A DNA stretch of 64,000 nt, taken from NCBI RefSeq assembly GCF_009914755.1, contig NC_060929.1; one strand, written 5' to 3'. The notes beneath the pieces are model-generated. The model saw only the letters and a program-made list of their open reading frames with translations. It made no database searches and was not told the origin of the DNA. The translations under genes and the position numbers were made by a program. This document shows, piece after piece, positions 60,860 through 64,000 of this stretch. Every line of letters begins with the position of its first letter. The first letter of the stretch is position 1. Origin of the DNA: the human T2T-CHM13v2.0 reference genome, Homo sapiens.

Positions 60860-61410
60860 TGTAGTCTAAAATTTGAGTTAGAAGGATCAGCATGATTTCA
60901 TGAGCTATTTTATACAGGTAGACACAGATACAAATACACTGTAGTTCTGACCACTGGAAAAGCCTAGAAAAAAATGACCAACTCAGTAGCATTGAACATC
61001 TCTAGTAGTGCACATATTAGTATTGATATCCTAGTTTCTAAAAAACCAGAGCATCTTGGAGAATTGCTGACTCCAGGTCTAGGGCAGGAAATGAACAAGA
61101 CGATCCTGTAACATCTTGCCATATCAGATAGTCACAAAGCTCTCAAAGACAATTTGAGCCATGTCAAAAGACTCAGGAACCAACTTGAAAAAGTTACTAC
61201 TGGTCAAATATAGGTAAATTTGAATTTCAATAAGGATAATAAATGTGATGGGTTAAAACCCGTGAAATATGTTTAAATCTATGAGTTCAAATTAACATTA
61301 AAATAAACCAATTTGTCACTTTCAGATGATGCTAAAAAAATCAACTCATTATTTTAAACATTAGTACATAGAAGGAGAGGATCAAATATTTATCTTGGTT
61401 AACCACATAG
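60860..61410 (+). mobile_element. Ancient L1 (L1MC/MD) 3'UTR fragment
   Basis: 'gctgactccaggtctagggcaggaaatgaacaagacgatcctgtaacatcttgcc'. Confidence 0.5.
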
Positions 61411-61691
61411 TAGTAAGCACCACTTATTGATTCAGTTTTCAGCTCTCTCCACCCTGATAATTATTCCATGTATCCATGTATTGTGCTCTTTATTTCAGCT
61501 ATCATGTATCCCATACCAAATATTTCCAATTGTTTTAAAATATAACTCACTGTTCTTATCCATATTTATTATAGCTTACCCAGTGTCTTAAACATGTTTA
61601 TTACAGTTATTTTTAAGTTTGTGTTCTATATGTTCCAATAATTCTGCTTCAGGTTGTATGTGTTTTTCAATTAATTGTCTTTCCCTTAGAG

Positions 61692-62020
61692 CTAAGATCA
61701 GAAGACTTATTTTCAGTAAAGGGTCAGATAGTATTTTTGGTTTTGTGCACCAGACAGTCTCAATCACAATCATTCAACTCTGCCATTGTAGTGCGAAAGC
61801 AGCCATGAACGATAGGTCAATGAAAGTGTGGGTATGTTCCAATAAATCTTTATTTGTGGGCATAAAATTTGAATTTTCATATAACTTTAATGTGTCACAA
61901 AATAGTATACTTCTGTTTCCTTCAACCATTTAAAATGTAAAAATTCCTCTTATTCAGGAGCCATATAGCAGCAATGAAGGGCTGGATTTTGTCCGCAGGC
62001 TGTAGTTCACTAACCACAGT
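61692..62020. mobile_element. MER58B-like hAT-Charlie MITE
   Basis: 'gtaaagggtcagatagta...tcaactctgccattgtagtgcgaaagcagccat...ggctggattttgtccgcaggctgtagttcactaacc'. Confidence 0.8.
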
Positions 62021-62334
62021 ATTGAGCAGTTGCACTCCTCAGGTATCTGGCTATTTAGACCTGTAAGCTTATGTTTCCCTGAGTATTTTGTCTGCTCCAA
62101 ATCCCTATATTTCCTGTACATAGGGAATGCTAGTACATGTTTAAATAAATACTTGTTTGGTTAGGAATTAACAATGGGCTTAGAGTCTAACTTTCTGTTA
62201 ATCCTTCTGTAGAGATCGTAAAAGGACCCAAAGCACTGAGATGGGAGCTATTTGCTCATTGTCCCTCACATTATTATAGCAAATCCCAAGGACCTGGTTT
62301 ATTCAGTTGAACCTATATCTCTGATAATTATTTG

Positions 62335-62610
62335 ATCTTCAAGTCTAGTATCTTCAAGTCTCTCTCTGCTCCATCTTCACATGGCCTTTTTCTCTGTACG
62401 TTTTCAATCTCCGTCTCCCTCTGCCTCTCACTCAAAAGGACATTTGCAACAGCATTCAGTCCTCATACAGATAATCTAGGAAAATCTCCCCATTTTAATA
62501 TTCTTAGCTTAATCACATCTGCAAAATCCTTTTCCAAATAAGGTAACATTTACAGATTCCATGGAGTAGGACCTGACATTTTTAGGGTGTTCTTTTTCAG
62601 TCTACCTCAT
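62335..62610 (-). mobile_element. MLT1 LTR fragment
   Basis: 'cttaatcacatctgcaaaatccttttccaaataaggtaacatttacagattcc'. Confidence 0.75.
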
Positions 62611-62789
62611 GGCCTGTCCACAGGTTTCTATTTAAGGTCATATAGACAGATATCAAGCTTGCCTAGTTTTTGAACCAAACTGTATTAGCAACGTAAAACT
62701 CACACTTAAGGGGAGAAAGCAGAGCCAATACCCAGGTGTCTCTGAAGAATATGTGCCTTCACTTTCTAACAAGCCAATGGCCCACTTCC

Positions 62790-63292
62790 CTGAACCTTCC
62801 TGACAGATTTTCAGTGCATTAGAATAAATTTTAAAAGCCTTACCATGACCTACAAACCCAGCAAGACCTGGCTGCTCCTTGCTTCTGTGGCTTCATCTCA
62901 TGCTGCATTCCCCTGTGCTCAGGAGCTCTTTTGAAACAAGAACTTAGGAAGTACTTAGCACTCAATGGGGCTCTGTACTTGCAGCCCCCTCTACCCCAAA
63001 GTCTCTTGTCCCAGATTTGTTCTGTCATCTCCTGCTTTTCATTCATGTCTCAGTGTGAATGTTATCTCCTCAGAGACACTGTTCTGTATTATTTTCTTTT
63101 ATGTCTTACAAGCATCTAAAATTATTTTGTTTATTAATTTGCTTATTTCTCATGAATCTTAATAGAATATAAGCTCTCTGGCAGTGGTAACCTTACTTGT
63201 CTTTGTTTCCTAACATATCCCGATGCTTAGCACAGAATTCATTCTCTCTCACACTAGGCTCTTAATAGAAGTATGATGAATAAATCAATAAA
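62790..63292 (+). mobile_element. L2 3' fragment
   Basis: 'ccttaccatgacctacaaacc...tagaatataagctctctggcag...gatgcttagcacag...tgaataaatcaataaa'. Confidence 0.7.
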
Positions 63293-64000
63293 GTATATAT
63301 ACTATACAAAGGAAATAATTCGAGATTTTACTATAGAAAACCTCACAAAAACCTCTCTAAATGAAACCCTATGAGAGGGAATGCCATTTGTGTAAAAGCA
63401 CAGAGGTGGCCTTAGTCGGCATCAGCATTAGGTGGGATTGTTATCTCAGAGGAAGTGAAAGCTAGGAGTGAAAAGATATTTCTAGTTTATAGCCACATCT
63501 CAACATTGGTAAACTTTTTACAAAGAACAAATATCCTTAATATAGATATGAGCTTATGCTCTTAAGAGAAAAATCTGAATGTATTCTAAAGATAATGTAA
63601 TTACTTTATCCATAAGCATATTTGACTTAGGACAAATGATAGGAGAATAGTGCTCATGATGCTTTATGATTTTAAAATGCTATCTATAAAAAGGAACTCT
63701 CTTCCAAATTACTTTCTTAAAAGTTCCCTTAAGATGCACATTGCAAAACTGGGACAGGTGCTACTTCTGAACATAGAATCACAAAATCATTACGTTGCTG
63801 GTAATATTCCGAGGGATAAAGTTCTTCAAAGACAAAATCATTAGCTACTCGATAGCTCTTCTTGCTTGATAGATGATAGTATAATCAGTCAAAAATACCA
63901 TTTCAGAACAGCCTTAAAATCCAATCCTGTATCCTTCTTTAAATTAATAACAAATAATCTTCTTTTTATAAATCAATTACAGGTAGAAAGTGACATTAAA

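Overview
AT-rich, CpG-depleted primate (human-like) genomic DNA, intronic or intergenic. Most of it is decayed interspersed repeats: L1 of many ages, Alu J/FRAM, MaLR/ERVL LTRs, Tigger and hAT DNA transposons, L2 and MIR. I recognise no host protein-coding gene, RNA gene or CRISPR array. The longer ORFs in the track are broken L1 ORF1/ORF2 or Tigger1 transposase fragments, or low-complexity artefacts. I found no convincing new biological system. The best-supported unusual observations concern retrotransposition history: (1) a full-length L1PA6-like element with an apparent 3' transduction, a nested ~95-bp L1 tail and a new compound VNTR; (2) a twin-primed (5'-inverted) L1 whose 3' end is missing at a junction that also orphans three other elements; (3) a 2.1-kb L1 with both termini and a TSD but three internal deletions; (4) a palindrome-rich (TA)n array bracketed by a 27-bp inverted repeat built from local L1MC sequence. 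A few minus-strand exon-like segments are listed as speculative. Subfamily names come from recalled consensus sequences, and boundaries of old elements are approximate.
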